A DNA stretch of 64,000 nucleotides from Octopus sinensis (Eukaryota), in NCBI RefSeq assembly GCF_006345805.1, contig NC_042997.1, positions 96,162,001-96,226,000 on the forward strand, written 5' to 3'. Positions within the stretch are counted from its first letter, which is position 1. Each line of letters starts with the position of its first letter. Shown here piece after piece: positions 52,681 to 64,000 of this stretch. The notes under the pieces were generated by a model. It made no database searches and was not told the origin of the DNA. It saw only the letters and a list, made by a program, of their open reading frames with translations. The position numbers and the translations under genes were made by a program.

Positions 52681-53139
52681 CAGCACTCAATATATAGACT
52701 GAAACACACTGTACTGCTACCTTGGTGATTAATATTGATGCAGGAATGATTAACGTGCTAGACAGAGCAGCCAAGAGTAAAAAAAGAGACACTTTTAAAT
52801 GCATTGTTTATTTCCATATATCAAGTTGATGTCTGGAAAAAATATGATGATCAAAATTACAATACTTTCGATTATAAGTTAATCTGATTAGAATTTATCC
52901 TAATCTGAGCAACGAATAAAACTAATTTTAATGCATAGCAATATTGCATTCGGATTTTTACGTTATCAGTTCAAATCCCGCTGAGGACAAATTTACATTT
53001 CATTCATTCAGCGTGAAGAAAATAATGACTACCTATCAAGTTATAGGGTTGATCTATTTGAGTACTCCGAGCAAATTTCAGGTACATATATATGAGAGGG
53101 TTGGTTAATTATTCTCATTTTCTAGCTGATTTTATACAT

Positions 53140-53430
53140 ACATAAAACGGGGAAGATGCCCTTCGGTCTCGAATTTCCATGGAATTGCACCTACAAAACC
53201 TCACCTCTGACGCACAAGTCCAGGGAGGTTGTTTGTGGAAAAACAACCGTCACCCACGCATGCGAAACTCCCCACTCAACGCCACCGATGCAGCTTGGCA
53301 TAAGCAACACCGCAACTTGTGAAATAAAGTGTCCTGCTCAAGATCACACCACACAACCTAGTACGACAATTGAACTCATAACCTCATGTTTGTAAGCCCG
53401 ACGTTATAACCCCTGAGCCATCCGCCCTCA
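53140..53430 (-). mobile_element. tRNA-derived SINE of the family seen at 8150-8450
   Basis: Reverse complement ggcggatggctcaggggttataac..gagttcaattg..cttgagcaggacactttatttc. Confidence 0.6.
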
Positions 53431-53730
53431 CATACATACACACACACGCACACACACATGTTCGTTAGTTTATAGGCACAAGCATATATTTATATGTGTG
53501 TGTGTGCGTGTGTGTGCGTGTGTGTGTGTGTACGTGTACCGTTGTATTTTTGAGGAAGACATTTCACTTGACGTTGATCTGCGATGATTTGGACACCTGT
53601 GCCTTTACAGGTAACGTTGATTTTATGAAGGGAATGTGCTTATGTAATCACCAGCGCCATTATAAAAAGTTACCGTGTGTGGGTTGTTCAGCAATGAATT
53701 GCGGAAACCTTCATTCGTCATCTATATATA

Positions 53731-53923
53731 CGATGGTGTGCTGAAAAGATCCTGGCTTTAAACGTATCGCGAAAAGCCTGGTTGGACATCCAACCTTCAG
53801 AGTTCTTTTACAGGACTTAGAAGGGCCGCAGTAATATGTTTCTGAATCTGAGCGGGAAATATGCTGATTGGAATAACAAATTAAGTAACTGATCCTCCCA
53901 AAGCCAGGTGCTTTTCAACAGCA
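53731..53923. mobile_element. Mariner-derived MITE
   Basis: TA|cgatggtgtgctgaaaagatcctggcttt and aaagccaggtgcttttcaacag form ~25-bp TIRs. Confidence 0.7.
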
Positions 53924-54342
53924 ACACACAAACACGCACACACACACACTCACACACACACACACACGCACACACGCACACATATTGGACGATGAGTCAT
54001 ACTTCAATCTATACCTACTACGTATGATTGATAATTATAATAAGTGATATTGGCGACAACACATTACATTAACAACAAATAATATGTTGATTTGGAGATT
54101 AATACGTAAAAGCGAAAACTATAACTTGGTAATACTAAAATTCAAACCTGTCTTTTTGTGAAAAATTATACACTGAAGCAAAAAATTCGGATAATTTTTT
54201 CTTGAAGAAGAACATTTGTCGCAAATAAGTCGCGAAATATTTCAGGGTGCTGCCTCTTTACGATAACAGACACCATGAGGCAACCTCCATGATGTATATG
54301 TATATATATATATGTATGTATGTATATATTTATATATGTATG

Positions 54343-54376
<34 letters not shown>

Positions 54377-54619
54377 TGTATGTATGTATGTATGTATGTA
54401 TGTGTGTATGTATGCACGCATGCATGTATATACATGCATACATATGTACATGCTGTTCATTCATAAATATAGATACTTTCCGATACACCACGCGCACTAT
54501 CAAACTCCGCCATAAGAAGTCAAGTACACTAATATACATAGAAGACAAGATACACACATTCAATGTAAAAAAATCTAATACATGCAATAATGAAAAGAGG
54601 GTGAGGGGCTGACACATGA

Positions 54620-55690
54620 ACGAAATGTAAAGTACAATATTAACCGCAATGGATTGCAGGCAATTAAGATAAGATAAGGCGAAAAATAAAAATCAAAGTA
54701 GTGTTAGGTAACAAACAACAACAAAAAATAATATATCGAAAGCTCTCGGCAGTAAGCAAACCTAACTTCGAAAACTCAAGAACAACGAAAGAGATTTCTA
54801 TTAACAGCTGAACAATGAATAAAGAATCCGAGGAATGATATGCTCGATGCCGACACAGCAAGAAAATCTCGGGCAGAAAGTTGGATCAAAGAATCCCGAC
54901 GGTAAAAGAATACTATCGAAATGGCCTGGCGTGGAAATTTACCAGAGTAAGGGAAGACGGAGGGAAAGAAGAAAGAATAACAATTACGAAGAAAGTGAAA
55001 GAGATATATAAAATTTGAAAAGCCCCAAGAAAAGAGAAAATATAAAATTGAAAACATACACAACCATGTAAAACTGTTTCTTCCTGATTGTATGGAAAAC
55101 GGACCTCCCGCAAGGATGAAAAAAACAGGATGAAAAGAGAATGCTGAAAAAGAAGAATAAAGTAAGGAAAAATTTCAGGAATATAGACCTATTACATGCT
55201 TACCATTGCTCTGGAAATTATCAACTATCATGAAAGTAAATGAAGTATTTAACTTTCTGGAAAAGAGTATCGAAAAGGATGCCGAAAGACGTCGAGGATT
55301 TGTTGATTTACTCTATATTGATAATGGGATACTAAATGAGGCACGAGTAAGAAAGAATAATTTAGCTGTTGCTGTTTAGACTATAAGGAGGCTTACGACA
55401 AAGTTCTACACTATTGGCTCTTGGGAACGAGAAAATATGTTAGGAAAAATGTAATTATTTCATTGTGAATCTATCTCTCCATCACTCTTCGTCCATATGA
55501 TGACCATCTGACAAGTAACCCAGAACAACCAAGTCACCCATGACTTTATCAAAACCATGGAAAAATAAGTCGGTCGCTTTCTATGGATTACGTCAAACTA
55601 TATACAAAAAGTGTGAAAAACCTGAATTCTATAATTGAAGCAGTAAGGATGTTTAGAAAGGATATTGAACTATTAGTAGTAAAAGTGTCC
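54620..55690 (+). pseudogene. R4/Dong-like (RLE-type) LINE RT fragment
   Basis: PITCLPLLWKL, KGCRK..RGFVDLLYIDNGILNEARVRKNNLAVA..DYKEAYDKV, SLSPSLFV-like, FMD[Y]VKLY. Confidence 0.75.
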
Positions 55691-55699
55691 AGTGTGGGA

Positions 55700-55865
55700 C
55701 TAGTCGATTTCATCTGCTCTAATGCGTAACTGGTACTTATTTAATCGACCCAAAAATGGTGAAGGGTAAAGTCGATATCTGCGGAACTTCAACTCAGGCC
55801 GTAATGACAGACCAAGTGCCGGTAAGCATTTTGGCTGGCGTGCTAACGGTTCGGCCAGTTTAGCA
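55700..55865 (-). mobile_element. Degenerate OK-like SINE
   Basis: gcgtaactggtacttatttaatcgacc..aaagtcga..gcgtgctaacg. Confidence 0.7.
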
Positions 55866-56102
55866 CCTTCATAGTAATTTTTTGTTTTGTTTTTCAATTT
55901 GCCTGTAACCATGTTCTCTACTTCCACCCCCATGATGGCGCAATAGTTTAGTTGAACTTAAAGAGCGCATTCAATTAACAGTGCAGAAGTTAACACCTGA
56001 AATACTTCGAATGTTAGATCTGAAATTTGCGGAGATACAGGGGGTGTGGGGCACATTGTTGAAATTTTCCTGTAAAGGTTTGTTATGCTATTTATAAATC
56101 TA

Positions 56103-56874
56103 CTAGCGGGACCCGTGAATATTTCACGGAATTAATGATAAACATATTGGGTTATTTTTGCAAACTTTATCCAAAACACCTGAAAGCGTAGCCTGTGTTG
56201 TGTCTGTATGGAAAGATCACCGCTCATTGAAAAGTGAAAGAAATTGCAATACGATGATTATTTAATGCACTCTATATATATACTTTATATACTTTATGCA
56301 CCATTTTATAGACTTAATACACGACACTCATACAATAAATATTCATCCTTATTTTTTCAGTTTTCCAATAAACAAAATAAAAAATATCCCCTACATATGA
56401 TACAAACTTCAATTAAACTGCATATATCTACCACGTAAATAAGCGTGAATATTTCACAGAATTGCACTTATGCACATGCGTGAAGTGATAAATGATACTA
56501 AAAATAATTTAGTTTAATTCTTTAAAGAATACACTATTCACTATCCAATCACCACCACCACCATAACCGTCATCTGCACAAACACCATCAATCTTGCTTT
56601 CTCCCTCTTCTCCTTCCCCTCCTCTACCCCTCTCTCCCCTCTCTATATGCTTTCTTTAACCTCACCATCAGACCATCACCCCTCTGCTAAAATTATATTT
56701 CTAACTCTCCTCCTCTACATTCTACTAACTTTTTAACCACTTAATAAATATTACCTCACGTCAAGGACGTTTCCTTCTTCTCTCTCTCTTTCTCCTTCTC
56801 TCTCTCTGTCATTTTCGTTCTCTCTCTTTCTGTCTCTCTCTCCTTAATCTTTCTCCTCTATTATTATTATAAGA
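56103..56874 (-). mobile_element. Non-autonomous Helitron, family C
   Basis: Minus-strand A|TCttataataataatag start; 3' hairpin ccgtgaaatattcacgg followed by gtcccgCTAG|T; canonical A|T target. Confidence 0.8.
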
Positions 56875-56879
56875 TCCTT

Positions 56880-57085
56880 TCCACTATAGGCACAAGACCT
56901 GAAAAATGGCTGGGGGACAGGGCTAGTCGATTACCTCGACTGCAGTACATAACTGGTACTTATATCATCGATCCCGAAAGGATGAAAAACAAAGTCGGCC
57001 TCGGCAGAATTTGAAGTCAGAACGTAAGGACGGACGAAATGCCGTTAAGAATTACGGCCAGCGTGCTAACGATCCTGCCAGCTCG
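56880..57085 (-). mobile_element. OK-like SINE
   Basis: cccgaaaggatgaaaaacaaagtcggcctcggcagaatttgaagtcagaacg..gcgtgctaacgatcctgccagctcg. Confidence 0.75.
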
Positions 57086-57099
57086 TAGCTTTAAAAATG

Positions 57100-57164
<65 letters not shown>

Positions 57165-57289
57165 GAATACATTTCTATCCTACACGCATACTTCACAGCA
57201 GTGCTCTACCCCAAAAATGTAAACACAACAACACATACATATAAAATATGGAAGGAAAATAACATAAATATAGACTTCGATACAGCAAT

Positions 57290-57527
57290 GTGCTATAGGC
57301 ATGATAAAAAAATATTCAGACAAATACATAACAAAAACACTAGGACTTACAAACACATATAACGTACAGAGAATTGCACTACTAGGCACTGCACACATCC
57401 TACGCAGAACACTTTCCATACAATAACCATCAGAGCATCACAATAAATCACAGCACATACCTAAGGCACACAGAGCTGCGCTCGGTAGTGAAGTGAAAGC
57501 ACGCTATAAAAATAAAATTACTGAATG
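57290..57527 (+). mobile_element. 3' end of an R4/Dong-like LINE with an (AAT)n tail
   Basis: GMIKKYSDKYITKT..QRIALLGTAHILRRTLSIQ* followed by a 3' UTR and a TAA tract; another TAA tract lies upstream at 57096-57161. Confidence 0.7.
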
Positions 57528-57605
<78 letters not shown>

Positions 57606-58503
57606 TAATAATAATAAAAATAATAATAATCATTATATTTGTTTTGCAATACTTTTCCCTTTCTCTATATCTAAATACAATCTTTTTTCAACAAACCATA
57701 CTCTATAAAAATTTAATTATTAACTAAATAATTCTCAACTGTTTCTTTGCAATAGTTGTCGACGAATTAGCGATATTTGAAATATCTTTTCAGGTGAATA
57801 GTAATGCATAACGTTAATAATATTCTGTATGCTCTTTGCAGATTTTTGGAGAGAGTCATTACCATTAACGATTATATGTTGCATAGGCAGTTATCAAACA
57901 AATTTCACAAACGCTGCATTAAAATTTGAATTTCGTGCGATTAATGATTTAATAGTACCTCAGATATAATTCTATGCTCGTTTTATGCAACCATACTAAA
58001 GTTAAACATCGCTTTCATAGATATACCTCCACGCTAAAAAGATGTAAAATATTAGTAGGGATAGTAATATGAAGAAGGAAAAGAAGAAGAACAACAACAA
58101 CAACAAAGTGGAAGAATAGGTAGTGGTAGGTGTAGTGGTTATGATGATTTTGTTGTGGTAGTTTGGTGGTGGTGGTGGTGGTGGTGGTGGTGGCGGTAGT
58201 GGTGATGGTGATGGCAGGGTTGATGAAAGAGGAGTAAAAGGAAAAGGAGAAGGAAACATAAATAAAGAACAAATGGAGATGTGATATCTTCAAGTTTTAT
58301 ATTGAAATTTTCTGATATCCTGCCTAAATTATGATGCGTAACTCCATTGGAATTAAACAAGCGTATCACCTTCATATGAAGAAAAGCACCTATTCTATGA
58401 TCTCTGCCGAAAGCAGTGTTTCTTTTACAAACAAATATCTGCAAGTTGTTTCTCAAGCGCAAGGAATACTCATACTGATCCATTGTATTTGTCAACTTCC
58501 ATT

Positions 58504-58570
<67 letters not shown>

Positions 58571-58589
58571 TTCTTTATTTCCCTCAATG

Positions 58590-58915
58590 TACTAAACATA
58601 GAGGGGATAAACAAATGTATTAAGTCGATTCCATCGACCCTAGTGCGTAACTGGTACTTATTTCATCGACCCCCGAAAGGATGAAAGGCAAAGTCGACCT
58701 CGGCAGAATTTGAATTCAGAACGTAACGCCAGATTAAATACCTATTTCTTTACTGCCCACAAGGGGCTACACACAGACGGGACAAACAAGGACAGACAGA
58801 CGGATTAAGTTGATTAGATCGACCCCAGTGCGTAACTGGTACTTATTTAATCGATCTCGAAGGAATGAGAGGCAAAGTCGACCTTGGCGGAATTTGAACT
58901 CAGAACGCAGCGGCG
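58590..58915 (-). mobile_element. Head-to-tail OK-like SINE dimer
   Basis: Two bodies joined at aaagaaata|ggtattt (58742/58743), the same junction as at 51996. Confidence 0.8.
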
Positions 58916-58999
58916 TTTTATGTATGTATTTATGTATGTAAGTATGTATGTAAGTATCTATGAATATATGCATATTTATGTGTGTGTGTTTGTACCCCC

Positions 59000-59190
59000 A
59001 TCATCGCTTGACAACCGATGTTGGTGTCTTTACGTCCCCGAAACTTAGTTCTTCGGCAAAGAGACCGACAGAACAACTACTAAGCTTACAAAGAATAAGT
59101 CCTGGATCGATTTGTTTGACTAAAGGCAGTGCTCCAGCATGGCTGCATTCAAATGACTGAAACATGTAAAAGGGTAAAAGAGTAAAAGAG
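59000..59190 (+). mobile_element. 3' body of the CORE-type SINE with a (taaaagag)n tail
   Basis: ttgacaaccgatgttggtg..tacgtccccg..gactaaaggcagtgctccagcatggc..aaatgactgaaac. Confidence 0.7.
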
Positions 59191-59199
59191 TATAACTCT

Positions 59200-59570
59200 C
59201 ACCCTTACAAACCAGACATCTCCTTCACTGGGAAACATTCAGAGTTTCATAAAGAGTACTTTCAATAAAAGCCCAGTAATTTATACATTAATATATTAAA
59301 CTAAACCAAACGTTCTTCATATGGGTTGTTCGTTGCAAAGCTTGCGCTGTATCTACGTAAGATTCCAAATCAAATATAGATACAATGTACAACATCGGTA
59401 ATCTCTTCAATACAAGAATGGAAAGTATTATATTATAGACTATTTCATTGATTTGTAGATTTCAGCTGATATTTAGGAGCAAAACTGAGTAATACAATCT
59501 GATTGACAACTGATGAAAAATGAGAAACCTTCTGTGTCTGTCGGCCATCCGGTTGTACACTCATTTATAT
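59200..59570 (+). mobile_element. Penelope pLTR-like repeat ending in a decayed hammerhead (59505-59542)
   Basis: gacaa-CTGATGA-aaaatga-GAAAC-cttctgt-GTC-tgtc; core intact but stem II lost. Confidence 0.5.
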
Positions 59571-61148
59571 GTTATAATTATATGTTATATATATAATATA
59601 TATATATATATATGTTATAATTTATATGTTATAATTATAATTATAATCGTTTATATGTTATAGTTATATGTTATAATTTTTACCTGTGGTTTGTTTATTT
59701 ACAATACATTTTTTCATCTATTAAATACACAATTTGCTAGATTGGTTCATCTTAATTTCATCACAAGAGAGAAATCCGTTATTATAATGCAACAAATAGA
59801 TTATGTGATAAGCAATTTTATGTACCGTATATGTCTAATAAATATCTTTACTCTGAAATTTATGATAAAATCTTTAAAATTCAAAATTAGTACTTCTCCA
59901 TCAACTTAGGTTTTCGTAGTAATCTTTAACACCGTCCTCAAGCTTCTTAGTCATATAGGCCTGTTTTAAAAGGAAAAAAGTTCATGGCTATAGTCACTTT
60001 TACAAGCAAATCAGAGCTCATAGATGTCTGAAGTTACTGCTGTGCTTCTAATAATTTTTTTTTGAATGGATTAAAAGGAGCATAAAATCGAAAATGAGGA
60101 AATCTAAAACTGAAAGGGAAACGAAATTTATTTAATTTCGCGTATATGAAATGCAAATATATAACAAACATGTTGCACGCACAGAAACACACAGAAGCAC
60201 AAACACGTGCACGCACACACGCATACACGCACAAACACAAACAAGCACGCACACGTATTATAAATATATATAAATCGAATACAAGTAAATGTTAGAAAAA
60301 TAACTTGTAATTTCCGAATTGCCACAAGGTATAATCTTACAATTTTAAACTTTTGATGTGATGATATCATTTAATTAAAGTAGTAGCTGAACATTCCACT
60401 ACGGTAGTAATTGAATAATATATTCTTAAGGCCGCATTTTACAAACACGCAGCATCTTTCAGAATTTGTCGCTAATTCAGTTCTGAACCATGTTGAAAAC
60501 TGTTAATATTTTTGAATAAGACTGGTACGTAGCTAAATTTGGACATTAAAAAACTGGAGATTTGGTCCAGTAGAAAATGTTTACATCAAAATTTGTAGCA
60601 ACGTTATAGGAGAGTAATGCTGCCAATCAAGTTTAGATCTAAATAACTTTTTTTTATTTGAAAAGCAAGATATATTTACCTTAGCTTTAGTGATAGAAGA
60701 AAACATGAGGAATTTCATAGTTTTGGTCCGATGCAACAAACATTTGTATCAAAAAATTTGTGAGGTAAAATATCATGAAAAAAATATTAGTATGGCAAAA
60801 AATCGGATTTAAGTATAATTAACTTTTTCATTTAAAAAAAAACTATATTTTAATTAAGCTTAAATGATAGAGCTCAATTCGAGGAATTTCCTCGTATCAA
60901 TCTGATACAATGAAGTTTTAAAAGCAAAATCTTATAAGTGTTTGTTTCTCAAATTTGAGGGGGATAATATAGTTCTATAATTTTTCAGAATAAGTTTCTA
61001 GAAAGATACTTTTAATATACGTCACCGGCTTAATTCTGGTAAGGTAAAAATTATCAATGACACCGCTAATTGGCACATGTGACACATTACTAATTAGCAT
61101 AATAGCATAGCCTGGAAAAATATAGATTACATGGAAACTGCGAGCCAA

Positions 61149-61910
61149 ACCTGGAGATGTATAGGACAAGTTATTACACTTGGAAAAGTTCAGGACAACT
61201 TATTAGATCTGCCAAAGTACAAAACAGGAAAAGTTTTACTTAAAATACTGCAGTTAAGGATAAAATTCCAATATCAAAATTTATTTGATTTTAATTAACA
61301 AACTAACATTCTGTTAAAATATTGATACACTAGAATACTTAAAAAGTGAAAATCAGAAGTACCAATATAACTAAATATTATGTAAAGTAGAAGAGTGTAT
61401 ATAGTAGGCAAATTCATTATGTAAAAATTAGGCTTTCGGTCAAGGCTAAAAATGTGAAGACTTGGCAGTAACTTAGGCAATAAATCACGAAAGTTTTACG
61501 GTGAATTTATTGTTATAGGTAGATTTTATAACATATAACTAATTTTTTTATTATTCCATTTATTATACTAACTAATTGTGTACTTCTATTATTTGTCATA
61601 ACATATTTTCAAATTTCTAATTATTAATAAAAAAAATGTTAAATGAATATATTAAAGGGCAAAAAATATTTTAAGTTCTTTTTTATTTTTAATAGAAGTA
61701 ACAAATAATAACAAATAGAAGTAATATCTTCTAATTATTTTTATAGTTTTAATAGAAGCTAATATTTTCTAAACCTGAATATTATATTTGATTTGTTTTT
61801 TCTTTAGCTATAATATTTCAAGTAAAAACTTTCTTGTTCTGTACTTTACCAGATGTATTAACTTTCCTGAACTTTTCCAAGTATAATAACTTGTCCTGTA
61901 CTTTTCTAGG
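61149..61910. mobile_element. Foldback element with ~105-bp arms containing ~21-bp subrepeats
   Basis: ggacaagttattacacttggaaaagttcagga (near 61165) vs tcctgaacttttccaagtataataacttgtcc (near 61865). Confidence 0.65.
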
Positions 61911-62099
61911 TTTGAAATCTTAAGAATAATATTCCTCTTCCTCTCATTTTTCCATATAATTATATGTTAGCTAAAAATTACATCCCTTCAGAATTACGTA
62001 TTGACTATTCTAGCAACTTACAGATTGAAATACATACTGGGATACTTTGAGCTTGTTTAGATTTTGTCGTGGAACAAATATGATATGAAAGTCATTCGA

Positions 62100-62415
62100 T
62101 AGAGAAACGTTAGCGTAGAGTGCATGGCTCGGTGATCAGGAAGGCACTTCAGGTAGACTCACTACTTCTTCGAACTGAGAGAGCACAGCTTCGGTAGTAC
62201 GGAAATATGGTAAGAGTGTACAAGTAAAGAATCGCTGGGCAAGCAAAACCAACAGCTATGAGAACCAGGGGTAAGCGACGAGCACGATATTTGGATAACA
62301 TCCACGAGCTAGGTAGGTCTTGATTGGGCATTCAGCTAGATCAACTGAAGATGGTTGTTTCTGACAGAACACAAGAGGGAGCATGTTTCAGGATCCTGTC
62401 CCACAACCCTCCCAT
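62100..62415 (+). pseudogene. RTE-clade LINE 3' fragment
   Basis: VDSLLLRTERAQLR.YG, GKRRARYLDNIHELG..LGIQ..VSDR, matching the RTE C-terminal pattern GRPR.RW.DNI. Confidence 0.65.
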
Positions 62416-63769
62416 AAGTATTTATACTCGTGAATAGGTATGTTTCATCTTTGCATCATATACATAATCTGTTCACACCTAATTTCCTACACATACACAT
62501 TACATATATTCACAACGAAGGAGACAATATAATATGGCACAAATACACATCCCTATTATATATTTTTCATATTAGAGATATAAAAAAATCTCCAAATAAT
62601 ATTAGCATTCACGTTTACGTTTGTTAATGAGTTGTTTTTCTAAATAAGAATTGTATACTTTTCAATAATGCTAGCCTAATGATTTAATTAATTTTGATGG
62701 CTGTGGTGAAAAATAAAAATCTATTTCAAATCATGTAATTAGTTTTCTTGGTAATTCAGAAAATTGAGGTTACATTATCACCCATTATTGCAGGTTTCTT
62801 TTTAGTTGAGCCACTTTCCTTCTTGCTTTATTCAGTGTCCTTTAGCTTTTCAATTTCAGTTTTATATGTAGTAACAACTTAAAAATATGCTATATTGAAC
62901 GACTGAAAGAAAAGTAAATGTTAAAGATTGAAAATAAAATCTGAATGGAGACAAGGGTATATATATAGTTTCTGTGAATATATGTAATGCTTATGTGTAG
63001 GAAATTAGGTGTCTACAGATTACGTATATAATGTAACGATTAAATATACTTTTGTCACGAGTATAAATATTAGAAATTTGCAATATTTCTTAGACAGATT
63101 ATGAGGCTGCACATAAGTGTTCCTCGCTCCAAAAGAAAATCAATCGTTCTTTTTTTTGGCAGTATGATACTTTATTATAATATTCTCTTTTGGAAGTTTT
63201 TCTTTTCATCCAGAATCGCCAAACAAATCGCGCTAAGTTTGTGGTAGCCAATTCATTCTTACTCTCTGAAGGAAATACATTCTGAACAAGTTATGATTTA
63301 ATCGTGCATGACATGCGATAAAGGTCGTATGGAATTTTTAATCAAAGTCCATGATACTGGTATATTTCAGAGAGATTCTCTTAGATCCTTTTCGCACTAT
63401 CATACATAGACACACATGCATCCACCCACACATTCTAAGATACATACACATACACGGATCATAAAAGGAAATATGCTATAGTGGATATCAGCTGCCATGT
63501 GGAAACACATGTTATGAGAAAAAATACATGAGAAAGGAAATGTGTATGGAATTTACAAATCCAGAAGATACATTTTCAGATATAATTTATCATTGGAGAA
63601 CAGGGTACGAATCACCTGCCTGAAATAAAGTGAGTATTGTGTGTTTGGGAAGAGAGAATGAAACACATTAATGCGTATGCTACATGTCATAATATATATG
63701 GCAATAAAATCTGCCACCCTACTTAAAATTTAAACGAAGATAAACTATGACAATTTAATTCACAATTTA

Positions 63770-64000
63770 CTACCAAGTGGTTAGCCTGTCTCGAAACGCC
63801 CCTAACTTTATCCTTCTCTTCTGCTGTCCTCACCTTCAATACTGCTGTCCACCGTAGTCACCCCACATGAAACAGACATTATAGGATTAAAGCACTCGAG
63901 ATTAATCACAAAAAGAAAAGTTGGTAAGCACGCATGCCAAGTCTTGATTATTAGGATCGACTCGAGAGACGCAAACTTCACTCGATCCAACGTCCCTGTG
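63770..64000 (-). pseudogene. Possible RTE apurinic endonuclease fragment, cut by the window edge
   Basis: Minus-strand LDRVKFASLESILIIK and a decayed GDxxG motif. Confidence 0.35.

Noticed and set aside
59560-59680. Tandem atatgttataatt units, superficially array-like
   Set aside because: AT-rich minisatellite without unique spacers; not CRISPR, and the context is eukaryotic

Overview
AT-rich, microsatellite-dense animal DNA, very likely octopus/cephalopod (inferred from recalled octopus SINE and repeat families, not from a search). I find no intact host gene. Most ORF-track entries are microsatellite read-throughs or antisense shadows. The window is a patchwork of decayed mobile elements: tRNA-derived SINEs, non-autonomous Helitrons plus a deleted RepHel pseudogene, Penelope-like RT/GIY-YIG remnants, CR1-, RTE- and R4/Dong-like LINE fragments, MITEs and several long foldbacks. 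The most interesting locus is 21.2-25.3 kb. There a ~360-nt repeat carries three copies of a minimal type I hammerhead ribozyme with a compensatory U3:A8 core. These copies are arranged in inverted and tandem form around an ORF1-only (zinc-knuckle, no RT) retroelement, which is followed by a second hammerhead-shaped motif. Boundaries of old elements are approximate, and family names come from motif recognition by eye.
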